Below are positions 10,974-21,084 of a stretch of DNA of 64,000 nucleotides, one piece after another (positions within the stretch are counted from its first letter, which is position 1; each line of letters begins with the position of its first letter). A model generated the notes under the pieces. The model had not been told where the DNA came from and did not search any database. It saw only the letters and a program-made list of their open reading frames with translations. The DNA comes from an uncultured Dactylococcopsis sp. (GTDB lineage Bacteria; Cyanobacteriota; Cyanobacteriia; Cyanobacteriales; Rubidibacteraceae). The stretch lies in NCBI GenBank assembly GCA_964493825.1, contig CAZBPR010000001.1:1525-65524 (forward strand), given 5' to 3'. A program made the translations under genes and the position numbers.

Positions 10974-11300
10974 ATGTTGACGACAACGACAGAAACCCTC
11001 CAGGGGCAAACAATTACGGAATATTTAGGGATTGTGACTGCAGAAGTGGTCTATGGCAGTAATGCTTTAAGAGACTTTTTTGCCGGCTTCCGTGACTTTT
11101 TTGGGGGACGTACCGGCAGTTATGAAAAACTCTTTACCAAAGGACAAAAAAAAGCCATCGATGAACTCGCAGAACGGGCGGAAAAATTAGATGCAGATGC
11201 CGTTATTGCCATTAAAGTTGATACCGGAACCATCAATATTGATGAAGAAGGGGCTTTGCTGGTGATTACCGCTACGGGGACGGCAGTTAAACTGGGTTAA
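10974..11300 (+). CDS. YbjQ/UPF0145 family protein
   Basis: MLTTTTETLQGQTITEYLGIV...RDFFGGRTGSYE; likely true start at 10974. Confidence 0.85.
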   Translation: MLTTTTETLQGQTITEYLGIVTAEVVYGSNALRDFFAGFRDFFGGRTGSYEKLFTKGQKKAIDELAERAEKLDADAVIAIKVDTGTINIDEEGALLVITATGTAVKLG

Positions 11301-11320
11301 GCTGTGAAACTCCAGAAACA

Positions 11321-12124
11321 TCAAGGATTAATCATTTGATCAATGCCTAAATTTTGTAATGCCAGAAAACTCTTGGCATTGGTTAAGTCAAACTCCAGGG
11401 GAGTAAGAGTGACATAATTCTCTCGTATGGCTTCCACATCCGTTGGAATATCTGAAGGGAGATGCTTCGCTTCCGGTTGCGGAATATCTTCAATGGCTTC
11501 TCCCGCTAGCCAGTAATAGCTTTTCCCTCGGGGATCGTAACGTTTTTCAAACTGCTCAATATACCGTCGTAACCCTTGACGGGTAAGCATCATGCCTTTA
11601 ATTTCGGCTGCCGAAACAGGCGGAATATTCACATTCAGCAGGGTTCCTGGGGGAATGGGCGGCAATTTTTCTAGGAGTTGACTCGTGATTTGGGCGGCAG
11701 TTGTAAAATCAGTTGCGGTGTAACTGGCTAAACTAATCGCAAGACTGGGAATGCCATCAATTGTTCCTTCCATCGCTGCTGAGACTGTTCCCGAATAGAG
11801 AATATCAGTGCCTAAATTCGAGCCATGATTAATTCCCGAAAGAACAAAGTCGGGAGGAGACTCTAAAATAGCACTTAAGGCAAACTTGACACAATCGGAA
11901 GGCGTTCCTGAACAAGACCAAGCGGTAACAGACTGATGAAATATACTATTCACCACGTTGGCGCGAATCGGTTGGTGGAGGGTTAAACCATGTCCAGTGG
12001 CAGACCGTTCTCGATCCGGACAGACGACTGTGACCTCATATCCTTTTTCGGCAAGTGTGTTCGCTAAAGTTCGGATGCCGAGGGCAAAAATGCCATCATC
12101 GTTGCTAATCAACAATTTTGTCAT
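11321..12124 (-). CDS. surE: 5'/3'-nucleotidase SurE
   Basis: [22 protein letters not shown] and [11 protein letters not shown] motifs. Confidence 0.97.
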   Translation of the reverse strand: MTKLLISNDDGIFALGIRTLANTLAEKGYEVTVVCPDRERSATGHGLTLHQPIRANVVNSIFHQSVTAWSCSGTPSDCVKFALSAILESPPDFVLSGINHGSNLGTDILYSGTVSAAMEGTIDGIPSLAISLASYTATDFTTAAQITSQLLEKLPPIPPGTLLNVNIPPVSAAEIKGMMLTRQGLRRYIEQFEKRYDPRGKSYYWLAGEAIEDIPQPEAKHLPSDIPTDVEAIRENYVTLTPLEFDLTNAKSFLALQNLGIDQMINP

Positions 12125-12137
12125 AAACCATTCCCAC

Positions 12138-12596
12138 TCAATCTTCTTCTACTGGCTGTAAACGGGTTAGTTTCAAGCTAAATCGTCCGCCTCCGGTTTT
12201 GCCAAAGGCACGCACACGAATAATATAACGCCCTGATTCGGTAATGCGAGTAAACAGCAAAGAATTAGTGGTGCCGTCGGGACCATCATCATTTTCGGCA
12301 ATGGTGGTGCCATCAGAAGCAATGAGAAGCACAATGCTGTCAAAGTCTTCTGATTTGACATCAATGGAAACTTGGTCATCTTTTTGCAGATTGACTTGAT
12401 AGTCGCGCGCAAATCCCCCTTCTCCAGTCGGAATATCTTTTGCCGATAGACGATCGCTGATTGGACGATTCACGGGGAGAATGATCGGATTATAAAGAGA
12501 AGACTGGGCTTGAATGGGAGTGATTTGGTTGCTGAGTAACAGCAGTAAGGTTCCGAAAAAGAGGGGAATTTTCCAGCGAGACACCAGCATGGGCAT
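12138..12596 (-). CDS. Secreted PPC (pre-peptidase C-terminal) domain protein
   Basis: Signal peptide, [12 protein letters not shown] and G.Y.IRV.AF motifs. Confidence 0.75.
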   Translation of the reverse strand: MPMLVSRWKIPLFFGTLLLLLSNQITPIQAQSSLYNPIILPVNRPISDRLSAKDIPTGEGGFARDYQVNLQKDDQVSIDVKSEDFDSIVLLIASDGTTIAENDDGPDGTTNSLLFTRITESGRYIIRVRAFGKTGGGRFSLKLTRLQPVEED

Positions 12597-12644
12597 ATTT
12601 TTGACAGCGACTTGTTCATTATCTCTTAGTTGAGCCCGATCATA

Positions 12645-13718
12645 CTACAAAAATTGTCTGAGGACTGCAACCGTGGCTTGTCCGGTTTTTTTCCAACTAA
12701 ATTGAGATGCTCGTTGTAATCCCTGTTCCCGCAATTTGGATCGCAAATGAGAATTAGTGGCAATTGCAGTCATGGCATTGGCCATTTCCTCGGTGTTAAT
12801 CGGATCAATTAAAATGGCCGCCTCTCCCGCCACTTCAGGGAGGGAAGAACAATTTGAGGTGATCACTGGGGTGCCACAGCCCATTGCTTCTAAAACCGGC
12901 AAACCAAATCCTTCCCAGAGACTGGGAAAAACCAGTGCGGTTGCCCCTCGCATCAGATCGGGTAGCTGTTGATAAGGAATGTAATTGAGAAAGCGAACGC
13001 GATCGCGCAAGCCTAGTTCTGCTGCTTGTTGCTGGCGTTGCGGGGTATAACGGGAATCTGAGGGACCCGCTAACCAAAGCTGAGTATTCGGATCAGGTAC
13101 CTTAGCAAAGGCGGAGATCAATCGTTCCACATTTTTATGGGGATCATGTCGTCCGAGATACAAGAAATAATGATGGTGTTCAGGGGTAGGAGACGGAGAG
13201 AAATGCTGTTGATCGTAAGCGAGTAAAATTGGTGTGATTTTCTGGGCAGGGATCCCCCAAAAATTCATTAAATCGTCTGCAGTGGCTTGAGAGTTACAGA
13301 TGATATGTTCAGCCTGCTTTAAAACTTGCGGCACATAAAAGCGAAAGTATGGAGTCAGAGGAGAAGACCACTTGGGATAACGCAGTGGAATCAGATCATG
13401 AACAGTAACCACAGAACGACAGTGGGAATAGAGAGGGGCTTCGGGAATTGGCGAAAAGAGTAAGGTTGCATTGAGTTTTTGGTAAATTTTTGGTAATTGT
13501 TGCTGTGTCCAGATCAAGCGACGTAAATGCGCGATCGTGCCGTGATCGGGACTTAAGCGATGAGGAATTGGATAGCAGTTGTTATTGCCAATGCTGTGAG
13601 TAGCAAGGAGGGTCGGTTGCAGCGCTGATAAAGACGGTAAAATATTTTGGGTATAAGCAGAGATCCCTGTTGGTTCTTTGATCAGAAAGGAACAATTAAT
13701 GAGTAAGGGGTTTAACAC
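12645..13718 (-). CDS. Glycosyltransferase family 4 (group 1)
   Basis: VTVHDLIP and PSLWEGFGLPVLEAMGCGTPV motifs. Confidence 0.93.
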   Translation of the reverse strand: MLNPLLINCSFLIKEPTGISAYTQNILPSLSALQPTLLATHSIGNNNCYPIPHRLSPDHGTIAHLRRLIWTQQQLPKIYQKLNATLLFSPIPEAPLYSHCRSVVTVHDLIPLRYPKWSSPLTPYFRFYVPQVLKQAEHIICNSQATADDLMNFWGIPAQKITPILLAYDQQHFSPSPTPEHHHYFLYLGRHDPHKNVERLISAFAKVPDPNTQLWLAGPSDSRYTPQRQQQAAELGLRDRVRFLNYIPYQQLPDLMRGATALVFPSLWEGFGLPVLEAMGCGTPVITSNCSSLPEVAGEAAILIDPINTEEMANAMTAIATNSHLRSKLREQGLQRASQFSWKKTGQATVAVLRQFL

Positions 13719-14568
13719 CAGAAATTTTTTGTTTGAAATAAAACCAGACGCCTGTTATTTTACCAAGCGCGATCATCGGTTGAATCGGAAAAAGAATAAC
13801 ACCATAAGTCAGTAAGCGGATTAAACGTAAGTAAAATACCGTTGAATTCGTATATTTTTGCAAAGTCAATAAATAACTATAAGTACTGTGGTAAAGTTTA
13901 TTTCTGGAGTGACGATTCGTTACCGCAGAAACTTGATGAATAATACTAATTTGATCCGTTATTGCAACCCAATGACCTTGCTGCTGATAGCGTTGACAAA
14001 AATCAAAATCTTCGTAATAAAGAAAGTAATTGGGATCAAATTGAGGACAATCTGTAAAATGACTTAGATTAATAATCAGGCTACAACCACTGACCCAATC
14101 GCAGAGAAAATATGAATTTTGACTGTTTAACGCGAGTAAATTGGCTGAGGCAATTTTTCCTGTTTTGGGATCAAAGACTCCCCCAGCAAACCAAATTTTA
14201 CCCTTCTCTGAATAAATTAAAGTTCCTAAAATCGAAATTTCCGGATAGCGCTTAAAAAACAATTCTGCTTTTTTGATAATTTCGGGCTGGCAAAAGGTAT
14301 CAGGATTAAGTAACCAAACCAAGGCGTGAGGATGCTGATTATAAATCCAAGATAATCCTAAATTGCACGCTCTCCCAAATCCTAAATTTTCTCCCGCATT
14401 GATAATTTTAATGTTACGGGTTACCAATGTTTCTAAAACTTTTTGCTCAGGCGGAAAATTATTGATAATGACAAAATAAGAAGTGGGTTGTGATGAGGCA
14501 TCAAGACTGGTCAGTAACCCCTTAATTAACTCAGCAGATTGATAGTTAACAATTAAAAAATATAACAC
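13696..14568 (-). CDS. Glycosyltransferase family 2 (rhamnosyltransferase-like)
   Basis: IVNY, NLGFGRACN, LLNPD, VSGCSL and FLYYEDFD motifs. Confidence 0.9.
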   Translation of the reverse strand: MLYFLIVNYQSAELIKGLLTSLDASSQPTSYFVIINNFPPEQKVLETLVTRNIKIINAGENLGFGRACNLGLSWIYNQHPHALVWLLNPDTFCQPEIIKKAELFFKRYPEISILGTLIYSEKGKIWFAGGVFDPKTGKIASANLLALNSQNSYFLCDWVSGCSLIINLSHFTDCPQFDPNYFLYYEDFDFCQRYQQQGHWVAITDQISIIHQVSAVTNRHSRNKLYHSTYSYLLTLQKYTNSTVFYLRLIRLLTYGVILFPIQPMIALGKITGVWFYFKQKISGVKPLTH

Positions 14569-14611
14569 TTGAATAACACTGATTCAGAAAATAGTCATTT
14601 TTAGAGAGAGC

Positions 14612-15439
14612 ATGATGCACTGGAAAAAACAAATTCCTCGTTTTCAAGACTGGTGGTTAAAATTTGACCTCCTGCGGATGTTAGTCAGAAGAGACTTAGA
14701 AGCCCGATATAAAGGATCAGTGTTAGGGAATTTGTGGTCAGTTGTCAATCAACTTTCTCAACTTTTGATTTATACTTATGTCTTTTCAATTGTTCTGAAA
14801 GTCAAACTCAGCCTAAAAGGCTTACCGGAAGAAAACAGTCTGGTTTTTGGCTTGTGGCTATTTGCCGGCTTACTGCCTTGGATTGCTTTTACAACTGGCT
14901 TAACCCAAGCGGCGTATTCAGTGGTTGCGCAAACCAACTTAGTGAAAAAAGTCGTTTTTCCCCTGGCTTTACTACCCTTAGTGCCAGTTTTTTCGGCATT
15001 AGTTGAAAGTGCGTTTGGTTTAATAATTCTCATTATTTTTGTCGCGTTTAGAATCGGTACCCTACACGAAACGCTAGCTTTATTACCCTTGGTTTGGTTG
15101 CCCCAGCTGTTATTAACAGCAGGCTTCGGGTATTTTACCGCAGGGTTAACGGTCTTCTTACGGGATGTTCCGCAAACTTTAGCCGTTGTCTTAAACCTCT
15201 GGTTTTACTTGACTCCCATTGTTTATCCCATTGATGTTGTTCCGGCTGCAGTGAGAGATTGGGTATTCTGGTTAAATCCGATCGCAGCGATCGCGCAACT
15301 GTATCGGGATTTAATTTTAGTGGGAGAAATTAATCATGGAGGAGAGTGGGCAATTTTAAGCCTCCTCTCCCTCCTGGTTTTCTCTGGGGGATTGTGGGTT
15401 TATCAACGTTTACGTTCTGGCTTTGCCGATGTGCTGTGA
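14612..15439 (+). CDS. wzm: Polysaccharide ABC transporter permease Wzm
   Basis: RDLEARYKGSVLG.LW, FYLTPIVYP and LNP motifs; multiple TM helices. Confidence 0.92.
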   Translation: MMHWKKQIPRFQDWWLKFDLLRMLVRRDLEARYKGSVLGNLWSVVNQLSQLLIYTYVFSIVLKVKLSLKGLPEENSLVFGLWLFAGLLPWIAFTTGLTQAAYSVVAQTNLVKKVVFPLALLPLVPVFSALVESAFGLIILIIFVAFRIGTLHETLALLPLVWLPQLLLTAGFGYFTAGLTVFLRDVPQTLAVVLNLWFYLTPIVYPIDVVPAAVRDWVFWLNPIAAIAQLYRDLILVGEINHGGEWAILSLLSLLVFSGGLWVYQRLRSGFADVL

Positions 15440-15457
15440 AAAGCATGACGTTCAATC

Positions 15458-15922
15458 TCAGGGTTCCGGCGGGATGACTTGCAAGTTTAGCTGTAACGCT
15501 TGCATAACCGAATCCTCCCCTGCCCATGATCGCAACTTTTTCAGTTGCAAGGTGACTCTTCCTGGTGCTTTAGCTTGCAAGACGAATCTTCGCTCGCCTC
15601 CACTTCCAATCCCTGCATTCTTGGCAAGAGAAAATTCTGAACTTTGCAGTGCAACAACGTCAGGATCGCTGGGGGTGATTGCCCATCGGTACCCCGTCGT
15701 TGGGTTTTCTGCGAGCTTGATCATAATCAAATTGCCACTGCTAACAGTAAACGTTTTACCTTGATCGGCTTCGGTCATCATCAGTGGTGACATAACTTGC
15801 GTTTCACTCCCTTGCACTGGATCCACAGCCAAACAAACAGTGGCAGCAGGAAAATAACTGATTACAGGTTGATTAAAAACCAACAAGCAAGACAAAATGA
15901 AGCCGCTAAACTGAAATGCCAT
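15458..15922 (-). CDS. Chagasin-family (I42) cysteine protease inhibitor with putative signal peptide
   Basis: ENPTTGYRW, GIGSGG and RSW (variant of RPW) loops; hydrophobic N-terminus. Start at 15922 or 15931, overlapping the protease stop. Confidence 0.88.
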   Translation of the reverse strand: MAFQFSGFILSCLLVFNQPVISYFPAATVCLAVDPVQGSETQVMSPLMMTEADQGKTFTVSSGNLIMIKLAENPTTGYRWAITPSDPDVVALQSSEFSLAKNAGIGSGGERRFVLQAKAPGRVTLQLKKLRSWAGEDSVMQALQLNLQVIPPEP

Positions 15923-16730
15923 AGGCTTCATCAAACGCCGCTTCCGCGTAAGGGTAAGACGCATACGCATATCCCTGATCGCCCCACGCCTCACCCCAAC
16001 TATTCCGGATAATGAATCGGTCAGGACTATAGCCAACAATCGCGATCGCGTGTCCCCCTTGAACTGTATCGGGTTGATAAAGATCAAGATTGCCATCCGT
16101 ATTATTGGCATTAAACCAAGTGTCATCAACTCCCAGTCGGGTCAGAATAGGACCTTGTGTTGCCAGCCAAGTTTTCCATTTTTCGGCTACGATGTGCCAG
16201 CGATCCCAAGGTCGACGCAGGTTAATGTATTCTGTAATTCTAAATTGGGATGCCAAGGCATAGAAGCTATTTTCATTCATATGACTCATCTGATCAGGAT
16301 CAAACGGCAATTCCCGTTCCGCTACACAACCATATCGCCGAATCATCGTTAACGCGGCTTTTAAGCTGGTGCCGGGTTGTTCAAGAAAGGTTGTGGGATA
16401 ATAAGTGAACTCATCCATTTCCTTCGCTGCCATCCAGACAAATCTTCTCGATAAGTGTTGATTTTGATCTTGGGGAAACCTTCCTTTCTTCACCAAATGC
16501 CACCAGAGAATATCAGCAGTGGCAAAACCAACGCACGCCCCATGATTGGTCTGATCGCCAATCTGCCACCAGTCATCTTCGCGTAGATCGACCGAGGAGG
16601 GGAGTTCTAGGGGGGCTGCAGCCAATACTCCTGCTTCCAGGGCATTTTCGATTCCCCAGTCTTGTTCCGTGTTACGGGACGGAATGCAATTTAAAACTCT
16701 TTCTGTTGGTTTAATGTAGGTTGTCATCAT
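15906..16730 (-). CDS. Papain-like C1A cysteine peptidase
   Basis: LPSSVDLR, DQTNHGACVGFA (Gln/Cys), GGHAIAIVGY (His) and RNSWG..WG..GY (Asn); GGAGG RBS. Confidence 0.92.
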   Translation of the reverse strand: MMTTYIKPTERVLNCIPSRNTEQDWGIENALEAGVLAAAPLELPSSVDLREDDWWQIGDQTNHGACVGFATADILWWHLVKKGRFPQDQNQHLSRRFVWMAAKEMDEFTYYPTTFLEQPGTSLKAALTMIRRYGCVAERELPFDPDQMSHMNENSFYALASQFRITEYINLRRPWDRWHIVAEKWKTWLATQGPILTRLGVDDTWFNANNTDGNLDLYQPDTVQGGHAIAIVGYSPDRFIIRNSWGEAWGDQGYAYASYPYAEAAFDEAYGISV

Positions 16731-17219
16731 AAACCTCCTTGGTCAGACTGATGGGTTTTGAGAGTAGATTGTTTATTTCCTAAAAAGAGTTAGATTTGAA
16801 TCATTATTGAGCGTTACGATTATTCGATTATTTTTCACCCATTTAAACACCATTCAGTGCAATCCCTATCCGGCTGCCGCTTCAAGGGCTTTCCCCTTCA
16901 TCTCGATCAAGATTGAATTGCTATGATCGCTCTGTTGATGTCTGCAATATATTGACGAAAATCCCCCTTCGGGTGTCCTTCTCTTTCCTCAGCCGCCACA
17001 AAACCCACTTGCAGAACACAATTACTTAGCTCGAAAACTCAAAACTCTCAACTTTTTTAATTAAGAAATTAGGATGAATACTTTCTTTACTTATAGTTTA
17101 TCTCTAAATAGGAGTGATGAGATAACTTTTGATTAATATTTAAATATTTTTTAAACTGTCTTCCGTTCAAGCATCGGCTTTAATGAAATTATTCTAAAAA
17201 CAATAAACGAATCTGGAAT

Positions 17220-18488
17220 TTACATTCCGGTTGGATTCAATCTGATCACGAGAGAGGTTTGGCTTCCTAAAAACAAACCTAACCATAGTGGAAATAAAGG
17301 TTCATGATAAAAAGCAGACTGTAATAAACTCACTAAAATAATACTTAGAGATGCACAAAAAACAGCATATAAATGATACGAATTATTTTCAAAATCAGCC
17401 TGATTTGTTTTGCGTTGATACTGATAAATTGGGATCATCATCAATGCGATCAAAATCGATAATACTATTACGACCATAATGATGCCATGATCAACCAATA
17501 GTTGTAAAATAAAATTATGAGCATGATTGACTTCTCCCGTTGACCAACCCAATCTGTTTTCACAAATTTTTGCTGTATTTTCGGGAAACCAACCCCAAAA
17601 AGACTTCTCCATTCCTAGGGAAAAAAAGCAATGATAAATCTGCACTCTTTGTTGAGAGCTTTCATCCCAAATTGTCAAGAATCGGCGTAAAACAGTCAAT
17701 TTCTGATCGTTCAAAAGGTAGCTAATACTAAAGAGACTTAACAATATCAACAAACCGAATAATGTTTTGAATTTAGAAAGCTGCCAATTCATTCGGTTTC
17801 GTATGAAGTAAAATCCAGCAATAGCAAAATGCAATAAACCAACCAATAAAGCGCTTTTAGAACCAGATGCCAAAAGCATCAGTAAAGTTATGATTAGGGA
17901 AAGTAGTAAAATTATTTTGAAGCTGATGAATTGAAAGTTTGACCAGTGTAATCGATTTTGTAGAAGAGAAAATAAAATAATCGGCGTACAAATTGCTGTG
18001 TAAAGTCCGAGTAAATTCGGATTTTCAAATCCCATATCAGTTCTGATTTCAAAACTGAAGTTCTGCCAATGGGTGAGAAATAAAATAAGAGGTGTGATAC
18101 TAAAAATATTGAGAATTTTTGCCAGTTGATTTTGGGTTAAGGGATGGAGTTTGAGGGCGAGAAAGGTAACGACAACGACTAAATAATCATGAAGGGTTAC
18201 CGGATATAAATGATTGTTGGTAAAAACAGCAAAACCTTGACTTTGATAAAAGTTGAAGGCGAGGAGAATAAAGCTAGTATATAAAGCAATCCCAGTGAGT
18301 AAATTTTGACGGTTGATAGCAGAAAAGTCGAAGATTCTTTTGAGAAAAAAGAGCGCGATCGCGCATAATGAAACTGACCGAGAAACTGGAAAACTGAGCA
18401 AGGAAACACTGAGGAGAATGACATCAACATCAAACCACGACTTCTGAGTTAGAAACAAAGCAGATGACGCTTGCTTATTCATAATCAC
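17220..18488 (-). CDS. O-antigen ligase/Wzy_C-like membrane protein
   Basis: Many TM helices; NPNLLG, SGSKSA and NHAHNFILQ motifs; AT-rich. Confidence 0.8.
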   Translation of the reverse strand: MIMNKQASSALFLTQKSWFDVDVILLSVSLLSFPVSRSVSLCAIALFFLKRIFDFSAINRQNLLTGIALYTSFILLAFNFYQSQGFAVFTNNHLYPVTLHDYLVVVVTFLALKLHPLTQNQLAKILNIFSITPLILFLTHWQNFSFEIRTDMGFENPNLLGLYTAICTPIILFSLLQNRLHWSNFQFISFKIILLLSLIITLLMLLASGSKSALLVGLLHFAIAGFYFIRNRMNWQLSKFKTLFGLLILLSLFSISYLLNDQKLTVLRRFLTIWDESSQQRVQIYHCFFSLGMEKSFWGWFPENTAKICENRLGWSTGEVNHAHNFILQLLVDHGIIMVVIVLSILIALMMIPIYQYQRKTNQADFENNSYHLYAVFCASLSIILVSLLQSAFYHEPLFPLWLGLFLGSQTSLVIRLNPTGM

Positions 18489-18624
18489 GAGGCGATTGAG
18501 AATCCACTGTCATGCCATGACAGTTATAACAGCGACTATCCTATCATCCATCCTTCATCTGCCGCTCAGCCCTGAACCGGGGCATCTGCTAAAATTCTAG
18601 GGATGGTGTGAGTTGTGGGTTAAA

Positions 18625-19968
18625 ATGAGCGAGATTGCCGTTTCCCTAGAAAATGTTTCTAAGTGTTTCAAGCGTTATGCTCATCCGGCGGGACGGCTAA
18701 AAGATTTACTATTTCCCAACCATTCTCGGGCGGATCAATTCTGGGCTTTGCGAGACATTAACCTGGCAATTCCCCGAGGAGAAACGTGGGGACTCGTAGG
18801 ACGCAATGGTTCCGGGAAAAGTACGCTACTCCAAATTTTGGTGGGAACCCTGACCGCGACTTCAGGAAACGTCACGGTTGCAGGACGAATCTCAGCCTTA
18901 TTAGAACTGGGAAGCGGTTTTAACCCGGAATTTACCGGGAGACAAAATGTCTTTTTTAATGGCAAAATTTTGGGGCTGAACCGCCAAGAAATTGCAGCCA
19001 AATTTGATGAAATTGCTGCTTTTGCCGATATTGGCGACTTTATTGATCAGCCGGTTAAGTCTTATTCGAGTGGGATGTTTGTGCGCTTAGCCTTTGCGGT
19101 CGCAACCAGTGTAGAACCCGATATTTTAGTGGTAGATGAGGCGTTAGCCGTGGGAGATGAAGTGTTTCAACGTAAATGCTTTGCCCGCATTCAAAATATT
19201 CAAGAACGTGGGGGAACTGTGCTGTTTGTGTCTCACTCGGCGCGTTCCATTATCGAACTGTGTAATGCAGCGGTCTTATTAGATCAAGGGGAATTACTCT
19301 TACAGGGAACCCCCAAGTTTATTGTGTCTAAATATCATAAGCTGATTTACGCTCCACAAGAGAAATTGGCAGAGATCCGAGAAGGACTGAAAGAACTGGA
19401 TGAAGATCAAGACAAAGACATCACCTCAGCAGTCAACGCTTTCAAAAATTCTTCCCCTGTCAGTGAAGATCACTATGACCCTAACTTAGTGCCTAAAAGT
19501 ACTTTATCCTATGTCCCTCGGGGCGCAGAAATTCAATCTCCTCACCTTAAAAATCAAGCGGGACAACGAGTCAATCTGATTAATCGCGGTGAACAATATA
19601 CCTATTCCTACTGGGTTCATTTTGCAGATGCCGCCTACAATGTTCGCTTTGGGATGTTGATTAAAACCATGAGTGGTGTCGAGTTAGGCGGTAGCGTTTC
19701 TCATCTTCCTAATGATCCCATTGAAGTCATTACGCCGGGAACAATCATGCAAGTGGACTTTACTTTTTATTGTCATCTGTTACCGGGCGTTTATTTCCTG
19801 AATGCAGGAGTAGTAGGATTAGTGGATGGACAAGAAGGATATTTGCATCGGTGTATTGATGCAGCAATGTTTCGCGTCCAAGCGGAGACTGGACTGTTAG
19901 CAACAACGATTGTTGACTTTCAGATCGAAGCCAAAACGATTATTTCTCCCCATCTCATTGAAATTTAA
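18625..19968 (+). CDS. wzt: Polysaccharide ABC transporter ATPase Wzt with C-terminal carbohydrate-binding (Wzt_C) domain
   Basis: GRNGSGKST, YSSGMFVRLAFA and DEALAVGD motifs; C-terminal Ig-like extension of about 150 aa (L.PG.Y). Confidence 0.93.
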   Translation: MSEIAVSLENVSKCFKRYAHPAGRLKDLLFPNHSRADQFWALRDINLAIPRGETWGLVGRNGSGKSTLLQILVGTLTATSGNVTVAGRISALLELGSGFNPEFTGRQNVFFNGKILGLNRQEIAAKFDEIAAFADIGDFIDQPVKSYSSGMFVRLAFAVATSVEPDILVVDEALAVGDEVFQRKCFARIQNIQERGGTVLFVSHSARSIIELCNAAVLLDQGELLLQGTPKFIVSKYHKLIYAPQEKLAEIREGLKELDEDQDKDITSAVNAFKNSSPVSEDHYDPNLVPKSTLSYVPRGAEIQSPHLKNQAGQRVNLINRGEQYTYSYWVHFADAAYNVRFGMLIKTMSGVELGGSVSHLPNDPIEVITPGTIMQVDFTFYCHLLPGVYFLNAGVVGLVDGQEGYLHRCIDAAMFRVQAETGLLATTIVDFQIEAKTIISPHLIEI

Positions 19969-19980
19969 CGGTCTTATCCT

Positions 19981-21054
19981 ATGTCTGATGCGATGTCTCC
20001 CATTTTGATTATTACGGGAATGCACCGTTCGGGAACGTCTTTAACCGCTTCTTTATTACAAAGTGCTGGCGTTGATATTGGAACGGATTTAATTGCTGCT
20101 AGTGAAGGGAACATTAAAGGCCATTTTGAAGATTTAGCCGTCGTTCAATTTCATGAAAATGTCCTCAAAGCCAATTCCCTCCCCCCGGAAGGGTGGGTGA
20201 CCCAACCGCGAGTCACTGAGATTCCTGAATCGTTGCTAGCCAAGGCAAAAGAGATTATTTCCCGTAAACGAGAAACAAGCGGGATTACCGGTTGGAAAGA
20301 CCCCAGAGGAACGCTTTTTTTAGACTTTTGGCAATCCCAGTTACCGGAAGCCAAGTTTATTTTCTTATATCGTGCGCCTTGGGAAGTGGTGGATTCCCTT
20401 TATCGGCGAGGGGATCAGATTTTCTCCGAGTCGCCGCAACTGGCATTAGACTTTTGGCTAAGTTATAATGCTGCGATTCTCCAATTTTATCAGCGTCATT
20501 CCGAGCAAAGTCTTCTGCTGAATGTGGAGGATCTTCGCGCTGATCCCAAAGTTTTAAGTAGCGCGATCGCGCAAAAATTTGGTTTGACCCTCTCTTTTCA
20601 GACCGAAATTTACGACCCCTCTCTCTTCCAAGGTGAAGTTTCTGATACACCCCGGTCTCGTCTCTTACAAAAGTTTTTCCCCCAACTCCTTCAAACCTAT
20701 CAGCAACTGCAAGCCCATTGCGATCTTTCTCCCAAACAACAGCGAATTTTAAATGATGCAGAACTGACTCAACCCGCCTTTGATGAAACGTGGCTACTCC
20801 AAGACTGGTTACAAATGCGAGGGACACAGCGGGAACTGGCGAAAGTTCAACAATCAGAAAGAGAACTCACAACCGCGTTAGCACAGACAACACAAGCCTT
20901 GCAGGAAGCACAAGCCCAAGTCGCACAACAACAGGATCAGATGACGCGCTTGCAAGACACCATCCGCGGTATGGAAAGTAGCAAGTTCTGGAAGATGAGA
21001 CAATTATGGATGCGAGTGAAGCAAAAATTGCCACTCATTAACCATGACGATTAA
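19981..21054 (+). CDS. Sulfotransferase-family protein with C-terminal coiled coil
   Basis: GMHRSGTS (5'-PSB loop), GHFED, GWKDPR and R.PWEVVDSL (3'-PB) motifs. Confidence 0.82.
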   Translation: MSDAMSPILIITGMHRSGTSLTASLLQSAGVDIGTDLIAASEGNIKGHFEDLAVVQFHENVLKANSLPPEGWVTQPRVTEIPESLLAKAKEIISRKRETSGITGWKDPRGTLFLDFWQSQLPEAKFIFLYRAPWEVVDSLYRRGDQIFSESPQLALDFWLSYNAAILQFYQRHSEQSLLLNVEDLRADPKVLSSAIAQKFGLTLSFQTEIYDPSLFQGEVSDTPRSRLLQKFFPQLLQTYQQLQAHCDLSPKQQRILNDAELTQPAFDETWLLQDWLQMRGTQRELAKVQQSERELTTALAQTTQALQEAQAQVAQQQDQMTRLQDTIRGMESSKFWKMRQLWMRVKQKLPLINHDD

Positions 21055-21084
21055 TTCCCAACAATCGCTACCCACTTCAATAGA

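Noticed and set aside
15923-16129. N-terminal extension of the 223-aa I42 ORF
   Set aside because: It overlaps the protease coding region in another frame; the true start is probably 15922 or 15931.
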